Positions 18,929-27,514 of a DNA stretch of 64,000 nucleotides are shown here, piece by piece. Position 1 is the first letter of the stretch, and each line of letters opens with the position of its first letter. The DNA is taken from positions 832,001 through 896,000 of the forward strand of contig OZ241329.1 in the NCBI GenBank assembly GCA_965199825.1, written 5' to 3'. Position numbers and translations under genes: made by a program. Below the pieces are notes generated by a model that saw only the letters and a list, made by a program, of their open reading frames with translations, ran no database searches and was not told the origin of the DNA. Source of the DNA: Bdellovibrionales bacterium. GTDB taxonomy: Bacteria > Bdellovibrionota > Bdellovibrionia > Bdellovibrionales > UBA1609.

Positions 18929-20029
18929 ATGAATGTAGGTCAACTTTTTATAATTGGGCTCTCTGGCAAGACTTTAACTCAACAGGAACAAAAATTTTTG
19001 ATCGAAAATGACATCGGCGGAGTCATTTTGTTTGATCGAAATATAGAAAGTCCCGAGCAGGTCCATGCCCTGTGCAGTGAAATCCAAAAACTAAGGCACA
19101 AGCAAGCAACCCAAGCTCCTTTATTTATATCAATCGATATGGAAGGTGGCCGCGTGATGCGCTTTAAGGCCCCCTTTACGAAGTGGCCGCCGCTCGCCAG
19201 GGTCGGAGACCTTGAGTCAACCTCGGTGGCATTTCGTTTTGCCAATGCGATGGGTGCTGAATTAAATGCGGTCGGTGTGAATCTTGATTTTGCTCCCTGT
19301 GTGGATGTGTTTTCAAACCCCAAAAATGCGATCATTGGCGATCGCTCTTTGAGTACCAATGCCGAAACTGTGGCAAAGCTCGCCTCGGCCCTTGTGCGGG
19401 GCTATATCAAATCGGCAGTGATTCCATGTGCAAAGCATTTTCCGGGTCACGGCAATACTCTTCTTGATAGTCATTTTGATTTGCCGGTGGAAGATATCGA
19501 CATGAAGCGACTTCAAGATGTTGAACTTGTTCCGTTTAAAAAAGTTTTTCGTTCCCAACTTGAAATGGTCATGACCGCACATATCAAATTCACAGCGATT
19601 GATCCCGAGTGGCCGATCACACTGTCAGAAAAAGCGATCAAGAATTTTTTGCGTAAAGATTTGCGCTACCGCAACATTGTGATTTCAGACGATCTCGACA
19701 TGAAGGCGTTAACCAAAAACTACGATAAAGAAAAAATTCCGGTCCAAGCCCTCAAAGCGGGTTGTGATATTTTACTTTATTGTAATGAACCCGACTCTCC
19801 GCCGCTTGGTCTTGAGATGATCGCAAAAGCACTCAAAGACAAAACTATCGATGAGGCTTCGATCACTGAAAGCTTAAAGCGTGTCGAAAAATTAAAGGCC
19901 CAACACATCACTGCGCCCGATCCGCTCGATTTCGAGCACGCAAAAAAAATGATCGGTCATCCCGATCATATTCGTTTAGCAAAAGCGATCGAAAACGGCA
20001 GCGTCCCTGCCGATCTCTTAATTACTTAG
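18929..20029 (+). CDS. nagZ: Beta-N-acetylhexosaminidase (GH3)
   Basis: IDMEGGRV, FAPCVDV, KHFPGHG..DSH, MTAHI, SDDLDM. Confidence 0.93.
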   Translation: MNVGQLFIIGLSGKTLTQQEQKFLIENDIGGVILFDRNIESPEQVHALCSEIQKLRHKQATQAPLFISIDMEGGRVMRFKAPFTKWPPLARVGDLESTSVAFRFANAMGAELNAVGVNLDFAPCVDVFSNPKNAIIGDRSLSTNAETVAKLASALVRGYIKSAVIPCAKHFPGHGNTLLDSHFDLPVEDIDMKRLQDVELVPFKKVFRSQLEMVMTAHIKFTAIDPEWPITLSEKAIKNFLRKDLRYRNIVISDDLDMKALTKNYDKEKIPVQALKAGCDILLYCNEPDSPPLGLEMIAKALKDKTIDEASITESLKRVEKLKAQHITAPDPLDFEHAKKMIGHPDHIRLAKAIENGSVPADLLIT

Positions 20030-20955
20030 TAGCAGCTATCGAGAGTGGTTGCGATGGTGACACCAGCACTTGTGAGATTTGCAGTCCCGCATCCGGTGAT
20101 CACCAACGTTTCAGACGTATTCACGAGCGCATTCGCAACCACATTGTTTGGAGTTGCACTGGTGGCCGCAAACGCAGTTGTAAGCGAACCCGAAACGGGG
20201 TTGCAGCAGCTGTCGTTGTAAACCACATTGGAAAAGGTGGTGGTTCCCTTAACTTTTGCCTTGTTATGCCAAACCGTAACCGCACCACTGACCGTGCGCG
20301 ACCCACTGGCCTCACTCACCGTCACGCTTCCATCGATCGAATGATCAAAAGATGTGGCGTAAAGACGTTGACGGACCATCACTCCGGTTCGCACTCCCGC
20401 ACCAGAAAATGTGACCTGTGATCCATATCCTGAATTAATATTTGTTGCGATCGTCGCAGACTGATAGTTCGAAAGATTAGCGCTGCTATGATCGATGGTC
20501 ACCATCTCGCCTTTAGCAGAAGTTCGTGTGCCCGATGAGGGTGAGCCGCTTGTGACAAACTGACGATTGAGGGTTGTCCCGATCACCGTCGGAAATGTGC
20601 CGCAGGTTAATGCCCCGGTGCCTAGAGAAATTCCTAAGGTGCCGGACCAAGTGGCCTGAGAACTTCCAAAACTACAATTGGAATAGGCAAGAATCGATAC
20701 ACCGCTCGTGTTGCTGCATCCTACACCCCCAGTTGTTCTTAAAGTCGGGCAAGCGGTTGAAGCAAAAGCAGATTCAATCAATTTGGGAAATGAATATCTG
20801 CTGGTTGTTCCGCTTGAGGAACTCGTATTCATCGCAGCTCCCACGGATGAAGCCGCAGCTCCGCTCGCTGTGACGTCGGTGATACTGGAACCACCCAACC
20901 CTGCCGTGCAACCAATAGAAACAGAAACTAGGACTAAACAAATTAAATTTTTCAT
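20026..20955 (-). CDS. Ser/Thr/Gly-rich lipoprotein, hypothetical
   Basis: Lipobox SIGC, several Cys residues, beta-strand-rich composition. Confidence 0.7.
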   Translation of the reverse strand: MKNLICLVLVSVSIGCTAGLGGSSITDVTASGAAASSVGAAMNTSSSSGTTSRYSFPKLIESAFASTACPTLRTTGGVGCSNTSGVSILAYSNCSFGSSQATWSGTLGISLGTGALTCGTFPTVIGTTLNRQFVTSGSPSSGTRTSAKGEMVTIDHSSANLSNYQSATIATNINSGYGSQVTFSGAGVRTGVMVRQRLYATSFDHSIDGSVTVSEASGSRTVSGAVTVWHNKAKVKGTTTFSNVVYNDSCCNPVSGSLTTAFAATSATPNNVVANALVNTSETLVITGCGTANLTSAGVTIATTLDSCY

Positions 20956-21141
20956 ATCGGTAGTTTTGCTCGGTTTTTATTTTTATTGAAGTCGAGATAT
21001 GAAGACTGGGACTTAGGTCTGCTTTATTCAGTGGTGATTGCTAGGCTCTGAGTTGTTGTATTTGTTTGATTTTGAAGCGGCAGCACGACTTGATTTTCGG
21101 CCAGTCTGTTTTGTGGACGAAGGTAGCGTCCGTGCATTGAT

Positions 21142-21684
21142 TTACCCTGCGGTTTTTTTAAAGAAATCCCGCCAATACTCTTTACAACTTTTCTCAAAAT
21201 GTTTGCGAGCGGCTTTTCCAAAGTGCGCTTGAATTAAATTTGCTTCTAAATAATCAAACATGCGAGTTACGTCTCGCCCTTTAGTGATGATGCGAGTGAA
21301 AAGAACCGAATCCCAAAAACGCCCGAACCTTTTTCCTTTTTTTGCACGAACAGTTATTCGTGCGATCACTCCCGCAACAACTCTAAAAAAAGTTTTAACC
21401 AGGGCACGGTCTTGAAACCGAATGATGAGGTGAAAATGGTTGCTCACATTGCTGTAAGCCGCAATACCTACCCCATACTTTTTAGCTTTAGAAAAAATTA
21501 AATTTTTATACTTGATCTGCATATCAAATTTTTTGAAACTTTGGTCACCCTTGGCATGCTGAGATTTAAGAATGACGTGGTGCAAACGCTTTTTGTCTAA
21601 CGGACGCACGGTTTTCCGACGACCTTTCATTTGTCCACCATATGATTTTTGTTTTGATAAATTAAAAAGTGGCAGCTGTTTCAT
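21142..21684 (-). CDS. Y1 HUH nuclease/transposase (IS200/TnpA or RAYT-like)
   Basis: HHVILKS, HUH motif NHFHLII, FW..FTRII and candidate catalytic Tyr in DYLEAN; 180 aa, basic. Confidence 0.85.
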   Translation of the reverse strand: MKQLPLFNLSKQKSYGGQMKGRRKTVRPLDKKRLHHVILKSQHAKGDQSFKKFDMQIKYKNLIFSKAKKYGVGIAAYSNVSNHFHLIIRFQDRALVKTFFRVVAGVIARITVRAKKGKRFGRFWDSVLFTRIITKGRDVTRMFDYLEANLIQAHFGKAARKHFEKSCKEYWRDFFKKTAG

Positions 21685-21690
21685 TTATGT

Positions 21691-21719
21691 AAACTATATC
21701 TATATATGTGAAAATGCAA
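21691..21719 (-). promoter_or_regulatory. Putative sigma70 promoter giving a leaderless transcript of the HUH gene
   Basis: TTGCAT-N17-TAGTTT-N6-ATG; no SD sequence. Confidence 0.5.
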
Positions 21720-21726
21720 TAGAAAC

Positions 21727-22167
21727 GCTGGAGTAATATCATTTTACTTGAGGAAAAAGTTGATTTCTTTCGTGCTCGATTCAATCCTAGGTTCGGTCAG
21801 GGCAATGTCATTTTCTTTGAGTAAATCTTTACTAAATTTATATTTTACTGCGCGATCCGAGGCTCGATCGAGGGCAATTTTATTTTGTTTAAATAAACCG
21901 TATTAACAATTTGATTTCTTCTTGCTCGATTCCTTTTCAGATTCGGTCAGGGCAATGTCATTTTTTTTAATAAAACTTTATTGAGTTTATTTCTGTCCTA
22001 ATGAAGCCAACGCCAGGCTCGGTCAGGGCAATGTCATTTTCTTTAAAGCGTTTTAACGAATCTAATCCCTTGTGCTCCTACCAATCATAGGCTCGGTGGG
22101 GCAATGTCATTTTGTTCAATCAATATCTATTTTCCTCACCATCATTTCGGTCGAAGTAATATCATTT
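21727..22167. repeat. Interspaced direct-repeat array (7 units, consensus AGGyTCGGTCAGGGCAATGTCATTTT)
   Basis: Identical 22-mer TCGGTCAGGGCAATGTCATTTT at 21793, 21943, 22019; variants at 21864 and 22093; degenerate end copies at ~21727 and 22147. Confidence 0.92.
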
Positions 22168-22610
22168 ATTTATAAAATCAGCGGAGTGTTTCTTAAACGA
22201 ATTCATCCACCACATAATAACAAATCTCCGAGGTGTTCGGATTTTGATCAAATCAAAACTAAAACAGATGAAGCCAATGAACTATAATCCGATCATTCTT
22301 AATGAAGTTGGGTTGTCTGAGGACTTCGCAATGATTTAGTATCGAGCTGTACATTCGGTTTTGGTCGAAATTAAAGATTAAATTGTTGCGCTGCTTTCTT
22401 AAAAAACTGATCTCCACATTGATCGGCCAGCGACTGAGTTAGAGCAAAAGCAAGTTCACATCCTGCGACTCCAAACCAAACGAGCCGACACCATTCCCTC
22501 AACCAAACAAAAATTGTCACCACCAAGTAATTTCTCCTGCTGATCTCAATTGTGCCCCCAAACTTGTGCGGTCTTGGGTTTGCTGAATACAGCATCGAAA
22601 GAGGTTGCCC

Positions 22611-23390
22611 ATGCAAACACGTTCATTTGGTTCGATCATAATTTCGATTTTGCTTCATGCCGGATTATTCTTAAGCTTGGTCTTTGCTGGTGAACGCGTG
22701 ACTGCGCCAAAGATTGAAAGCCCCGTAGAAATGTCGACGGCTGCACCGGAAGGTCCAAAGACTTCTGACACTCCGGCACCTCAGCCTCAAGCACCGGTTG
22801 CCGCAGCTCCAACACCACAGCCGCAACCCTCTTCACAAAAAATTGCTAAAGTGAAATCGGTTGCCGCACCCAAAGTCGCAGTCAAATCTGCAGATGCCGA
22901 AACCGAAGCAACACCTGGAGTTGAAATTGAATCCGAACCCGCAGACTCGGTGGAATCTGCAGTTACAGCGCCTTCAGTCGTTGCTGCTCCTGCTATCGTT
23001 GCGGCCCCTGCAGCCGGAATTTCTGAAAGCGAACCCCTCGATAAAGCCGAGCCCTCAGGTGGCGGTAATGGCGGAGTGGGACGCTCATATTTGGATCTTA
23101 AACAACAGCCCGGAAATAGACCGCCTCAGTATCCTTCAGAGGCCCGCCTTGAAAAACGTCAGGGCCAAGTGCAGTTGGCTTATTATGTCACTGCAGAAGG
23201 AACGGTTCGCGATGTTAAAATTTTGAAATCATCAGGATTTGCCGACTTAGATCAACAGGCCGCATCGGCAGTTGAGAAATACAAGTATGTACCTGGACAA
23301 GAAGGTTGGGCCGAACACCCAGTGAATTTCACTTTAAAAGGACCTGCAGAAGCAGCGCCCTCAAGACTTCGCACCAGCCAGAACAATTAG
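22611..23390 (+). CDS. tonB: Energy transducer TonB family protein
   Basis: TM segment with SILLH, Pro/Ala-rich linker, YPSEARLEKRQGQV..SSGFADLDQQA TonB_C domain. Confidence 0.85.
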   Translation: MQTRSFGSIIISILLHAGLFLSLVFAGERVTAPKIESPVEMSTAAPEGPKTSDTPAPQPQAPVAAAPTPQPQPSSQKIAKVKSVAAPKVAVKSADAETEATPGVEIESEPADSVESAVTAPSVVAAPAIVAAPAAGISESEPLDKAEPSGGGNGGVGRSYLDLKQQPGNRPPQYPSEARLEKRQGQVQLAYYVTAEGTVRDVKILKSSGFADLDQQAASAVEKYKYVPGQEGWAEHPVNFTLKGPAEAAPSRLRTSQNN

Positions 23391-23524
23391 TTTTGAGTGT
23401 CGCCAAAAAGTTCGGCTGCGGTTTTTGTTGTCCCTTTAGTGCGCAGTGAAGCTTTGCGTTTTGTTCCTTGGTTTGAAACTTTGCGCTTGCGGATGTGTTC
23501 GGTTCTTTGAGTTTTTGAAGCCAT
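23387..23524 (-). CDS. Small basic protein (45 aa), absent from the ORF track
   Basis: MASKTQRTEHIRKRKVSNQGTKRKASLRTKGTTKTAAELFGDTQN; AAGGGAGA RBS; fills the tonB to 23554 gap. Confidence 0.7.
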   Translation of the reverse strand: MASKTQRTEHIRKRKVSNQGTKRKASLRTKGTTKTAAELFGDTQN

Positions 23525-23553
23525 GACTTCTCCCTTGAAAAGACCTTCTGGTA

Positions 23554-24384
23554 TCAAAACAGAAGGCGCAAGTCAACGCTATGCATTCCTGATCCAGCCC
23601 GGTTGGCGTCTTTCTCGTAAGCATAATCCAGTTTCAATCTTGGGCCATTAAAACCCAAACCCAACGTCAACGTTGTTGAGTCGTCTTGGCGAGCTCCCAA
23701 ACGGATAATCGTCATGGGTGTTGATGCGGTCTCGAACCCACCTTTGACAGCAAGGCGCTGATTTCCAACCTCTTCGTAGTGCGAAAGTACATCCAGTCGT
23801 GCACGCAAAAAATCAAGAAACAAATAGTGCAGCCCTAAACCCAAAGTTGGTTGAAGTCTAAAATCAATCGGGATCACCGTTGATGGATGAACAAAATAAG
23901 CGGCGGTGAATCCAATGGCAAAATCGGGTGTGGGATTGTACAACAACCCGAACACACCATTCCACTGGGTTTGCTCACCGGCCACCGAAAAAATCTTTTG
24001 GCTTAACCGCACACCGGCGATGCCCACCGAAAAATTTTGACCCGCAAATTCGGCAATACTAAATTGCAAAAATTGTTCATCTGCCGGTACACCCTTGTTC
24101 CGCGATGAACGAAGGAATGTTATCGCTCCCGGAAAATAAGTCTGAGGATCGTTATTGGTGATCGAGATGCCGTAAGTTTTTTGCTGATCCGTTTCAACAT
24201 AGCCCCCATTGCGAAAAACCAAACTGGCTTCGATGGGCTGCCCGTGAACCAACACCGCAGGATTTAAGAGATGCCCCTCGCCTGATTCAACTGCTCCAAG
24301 ACTCGCACCTCCCATACCTGAGGCGATGGGACCCGTAAAATATTGGGCACAACAAAAGTGAATTGAGAGAAGCCATAAAATCAT
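23554..24384 (-). CDS. Outer-membrane beta-barrel-like hypothetical protein
   Basis: Signal peptide, GMGGA..NPA motif (FadL/PorV-like N-terminus), amphipathic strands, terminal Phe. Confidence 0.65.
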   Translation of the reverse strand: MILWLLSIHFCCAQYFTGPIASGMGGASLGAVESGEGHLLNPAVLVHGQPIEASLVFRNGGYVETDQQKTYGISITNNDPQTYFPGAITFLRSSRNKGVPADEQFLQFSIAEFAGQNFSVGIAGVRLSQKIFSVAGEQTQWNGVFGLLYNPTPDFAIGFTAAYFVHPSTVIPIDFRLQPTLGLGLHYLFLDFLRARLDVLSHYEEVGNQRLAVKGGFETASTPMTIIRLGARQDDSTTLTLGLGFNGPRLKLDYAYEKDANRAGSGMHSVDLRLLF

Positions 24385-24415
24385 TGGCCAAAGCTAATGA
24401 GGTAAATTTAAAAAA

Positions 24416-25738
24416 TCAATTGCTGCTTTGGTTGCGAGTACAAATTGAAGCATAGTGAGGGCACATGCCGTTTGTTGTATTGGGACACGCTGAGTAGGAA
24501 TTGCTCTGCGTTCTTCGATTGTAATTCACCGGAAGATTTCCGGCTGCAGTTGCTGGCAAAGGACCATAACAGGCGTCGTTATTTGTGCCCAAGTTAAGTG
24601 TGGGCTTTGGAACAATACACTGATCGGTCAAGTTGACGTACCAGTCTTCGGCACGAAGAATGTTTCTTACTTTTCTCATTTGGGCGACAAATGCTGTGTT
24701 GGTAGATGCGCCTGCTGCTGTTTGTGCCGCACTTATTGATTGTGTATCCGTCTGAGCATTACAAGGAATGTTATTGCCATTAGTCGAAAAGTTTGTGGCG
24801 ACGTCGTCTGCACGCACGATCATAAATCGATCTTTTGGATCACAAGTCCAACCCGAAACGGTGGACCCGCCGGTGGATCCGGTTGCCAAATCCACCTCGG
24901 TAATATGATCAATCACCCGTGGATCTGCAGATGTGTAATTGCCAAGATCCAAAGTAAAGGCCATGTTGTATCCCTTGCCGTAGGCGCGACTCGCCGGAGC
25001 ATACACAACCGGCGACACTCCCACAGCACTCACAACTGGAGCTTGAGCCGCATAAGGCTGGGTGATCAACGCATTGGTGTAGGTCAACGTAAGGTAGGCG
25101 CCGTTGTTCATTTGGGTGCGCACAAGGCTCGCGATGTTTTCATTTTCGGTGTAATAAAGGCTGCCTTCGAGCAATCGACCTTGCAGGCCCGGAATGCCAG
25201 AAAAATATCCCACACGACTACTTGCTGTGGGCATATTTGCTAAGCGTTGCACGATTGCTTGTGTATCAAGAGTGTCGAGGAGATTCACATACTCTTGTCC
25301 AAGAGTTCCACTGCCTCCACTGGGCACGATCAATCCGCCTTGCACATCGCTTGAGGTTCGCATCGAAAATTGAATGGATGTCGAAATCATTTGCTGCATT
25401 TTTGAGAGTGCGGTCACTCGTGAAGTGATGGGTAACGGATTTAAAGTGGTGAACATCGCTTGAGTTAAACCAAGACCCGCTTGTCCATTTGGCGAAGTGA
25501 GCGCCGTATTATAAGCGCCACCACGAAATGAAAATACCGCGCGCTTTAAACTATTTGCTGGAGTGGCAGAGCAAGACATGTAAGCAAGAGTGTCAAACGA
25601 TGTTTCCACCGGAAACACGTTACTTTGTGTGGTGCTCAAAAAAGTGCTGTCGCCGTAATTGAGCGGCTGCGCACAATTTTGAAATATGAATGTCAGTGCT
25701 AATCCAAGCACACTGAAAACAAGAATTCTTCTCAACAC
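24416..25738 (-). CDS. Secreted/lipoprotein with FQNC signal motif
   Basis: LTFIFQNCA N-terminal motif, DTLAYMSC, Cys-rich C-terminus. Confidence 0.75.
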   Translation of the reverse strand: MLRRILVFSVLGLALTFIFQNCAQPLNYGDSTFLSTTQSNVFPVETSFDTLAYMSCSATPANSLKRAVFSFRGGAYNTALTSPNGQAGLGLTQAMFTTLNPLPITSRVTALSKMQQMISTSIQFSMRTSSDVQGGLIVPSGGSGTLGQEYVNLLDTLDTQAIVQRLANMPTASSRVGYFSGIPGLQGRLLEGSLYYTENENIASLVRTQMNNGAYLTLTYTNALITQPYAAQAPVVSAVGVSPVVYAPASRAYGKGYNMAFTLDLGNYTSADPRVIDHITEVDLATGSTGGSTVSGWTCDPKDRFMIVRADDVATNFSTNGNNIPCNAQTDTQSISAAQTAAGASTNTAFVAQMRKVRNILRAEDWYVNLTDQCIVPKPTLNLGTNNDACYGPLPATAAGNLPVNYNRRTQSNSYSACPNTTNGMCPHYASICTRNQSSN

Positions 25739-25773
25739 TTCCTACCCGTCTTTCGTCGGTCCCTTATTAATAC

Positions 25774-25800
25774 GTATCGGAATTTGGCAAGAAAGTTTGA
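25774..25800 (-). promoter_or_regulatory. Putative sigma28 (FliA) promoter
   Basis: Minus strand TCAAACTT-N11-TCCGATAC upstream of 25738. Confidence 0.5.
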
Positions 25801-25832
25801 GCCCGATGTTTTTTTATGTTTTTGTTGGTGGC

Positions 25833-26708
25833 ATGAGAATTAAAAAAGCAATTATCCCGGTTGCAGGCCTTGGCACACGCTTCTTGCCTGCAACCAAATC
25901 GGTTCCTAAAGAGCTTTTACCCATCGTTGATCGTCCTCTTTTGCTCTGGAATGTCGATGAGATTATTGCTTCGGGCATTGAGGATATTATTCTCATTATG
26001 GGACGCGGTAAGACCGCAATCGAAGATCTCTTTGATACCTCCTACGAGCTTGAAGATCTTTTATATAAAAGCGGAAAATTCCAGCAGCTTGAGGATTTAA
26101 AACGCATTCGCAATAGTTGTAATATTATTAGCGTGCGCCAAAAGCAGGCGCTCGGCCTTGGGCATGCGGTCTACACCGCACGTCCTGTGGTTGGAAATGA
26201 GCCCTTTGCGTTGCTGTTGGGCGATGAATTGATGCTGCAAGAGCCCGCACCGGCCACAAAAATTCTTGCAGAAATTTATGAGGCTCACGATGTTTCATCG
26301 GTTGCGGTGATTGAAGTTTCTGAAGAGGAAGTGGATAAGTACGGAATCATCGAAGTTGATCACACAAAAGATGGGATTATTCGGGTGAAGTCCGTGATAG
26401 AAAAACCAAAGGCTTCAGAGGCTCCTTCGCATTTAGCACTTTCGGGCCGCTATGTTTTTTCGTCTGATATTTTTGCGGCGCTTGAAAATATTAAACCGGG
26501 CAAAAATGGCGAGATTCAATTGAGTGATGCGATGTCAACCATTGCCCAAACTCAAGGATTGGTTGCCACTGTACTTAAAAACGAAAGATTTGATGCCGGA
26601 GATAAGCTCGGATTTTTAAAAGCCAACGTGATGATGGGGATGAAGCATCCAGAAGTGGGTGCCGACTTCAAAAAATTTATTAAAGAACTCTGTCAGGGAG
26701 AATTTTGA
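25833..26708 (+). CDS. galU: UTP-glucose-1-phosphate uridylyltransferase
   Basis: KAIIPVAGLGTRFLPATKSVPKELLP, RQKQALGLGHAV, GEIQLSDA; start moved to ATG 25833. Confidence 0.95.
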   Translation: MRIKKAIIPVAGLGTRFLPATKSVPKELLPIVDRPLLLWNVDEIIASGIEDIILIMGRGKTAIEDLFDTSYELEDLLYKSGKFQQLEDLKRIRNSCNIISVRQKQALGLGHAVYTARPVVGNEPFALLLGDELMLQEPAPATKILAEIYEAHDVSSVAVIEVSEEEVDKYGIIEVDHTKDGIIRVKSVIEKPKASEAPSHLALSGRYVFSSDIFAALENIKPGKNGEIQLSDAMSTIAQTQGLVATVLKNERFDAGDKLGFLKANVMMGMKHPEVGADFKKFIKELCQGEF

Positions 26709-27514
26709 TGCTGTTTTATTTTTTATTTTCGCTTCAGGCTTTTGCAATCCCTGAACTCAAAACCATTTTGTCTCGCACCGCCGAAAATCATGGGCGTGGG
26801 CTTTATTCGGTTGAGCAAGAAGTGCATTTTGCGGGCGACTCTGTGGTTAAAGAAACTTGGTTGATCAAAGACGAAAACACCATGCGCTTGCAATTTGAAG
26901 GTGTGGGAAGCTTAAAAAATTCGGTGCAAGGAACAATCATTTATGATGGTGGCCGAAAATATTTTTTGGATGAATCAGGACTGAAGCAAACTCGAACGTC
27001 CGATAGTTTTTTTGAACCGTTTTTTCATTTTCGATTTAGCAAAAACTTTCGAGCAAAAATGCTCTCAACAAAAGTTTTTAATTCTGAACTCGCAAAAGAC
27101 CGCCCCGCTTTTATAAAAGGAATTTCAAACTACACTCCACCGCCTTATGTGCGCTTGAGCCGATCCGGCGGCGTGGTCACTTACGCCATTGGGCAACCCA
27201 GTGAACCAGATTCCAAACCACGACCCGGAGTGTGGATTGAGCAAGATCAATTTTTGATTCGTAAAGTTCGCACCGCCGATCAGATGGTGGTGAGTGCAGA
27301 TCAGTATCAAAACTACGCTGCAAATCTGTGGCTGCCCAAATCTCGATTGGTGTCATGGGGACCAAACACGGTGCAGATCCAAATCTTGGATGTTCGAAGT
27401 CTTGGCAAAGGATCACCCGATCAACTGGCCAAATTTCATAATAAATCTTTGAATGGAATAACAAAAACCGCTGGAGCCGAAAGCTTGCACGATTTTTATG
27501 CGCACTATCGATGA
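26705..27514 (+). CDS. Exported hypothetical protein
   Basis: Signal peptide; translationally coupled between galU and priA. Confidence 0.7.
   Translation: MMLFYFLFSLQAFAIPELKTILSRTAENHGRGLYSVEQEVHFAGDSVVKETWLIKDENTMRLQFEGVGSLKNSVQGTIIYDGGRKYFLDESGLKQTRTSDSFFEPFFHFRFSKNFRAKMLSTKVFNSELAKDRPAFIKGISNYTPPPYVRLSRSGGVVTYAIGQPSEPDSKPRPGVWIEQDQFLIRKVRTADQMVVSADQYQNYAANLWLPKSRLVSWGPNTVQIQILDVRSLGKGSPDQLAKFHNKSLNGITKTAGAESLHDFYAHYR

Noticed and set aside
21112..21134. GGACG-N7-CGTCC hairpin downstream of the HUH gene as an IS200 end or REP
   Set aside because: Only a 5 bp Watson-Crick stem, single copy, with no counterpart seen on the other side of the gene.
21800..21814. Shared GGGCA core between the HUH-array repeat and the HNH boxes
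   Set aside because: Five matching bases are too few to infer a relationship.
21727..22167. Calling the repeat array a CRISPR
   Set aside because: No cas genes in the window, spacer lengths vary, repeats degenerate at both ends and internally, and alternate spacers are related to one another.
22072..22287. 71 aa ORF overlapping the array, or a coding origin for the array
   Set aside because: Unit spacings are not multiples of three, stops interrupt the frames I checked, and the translation is unrecognisable.
22371..22616. 81 aa minus-strand ORF upstream of tonB
   Set aside because: Overlaps the tonB start region and has no clear RBS or recognisable features.
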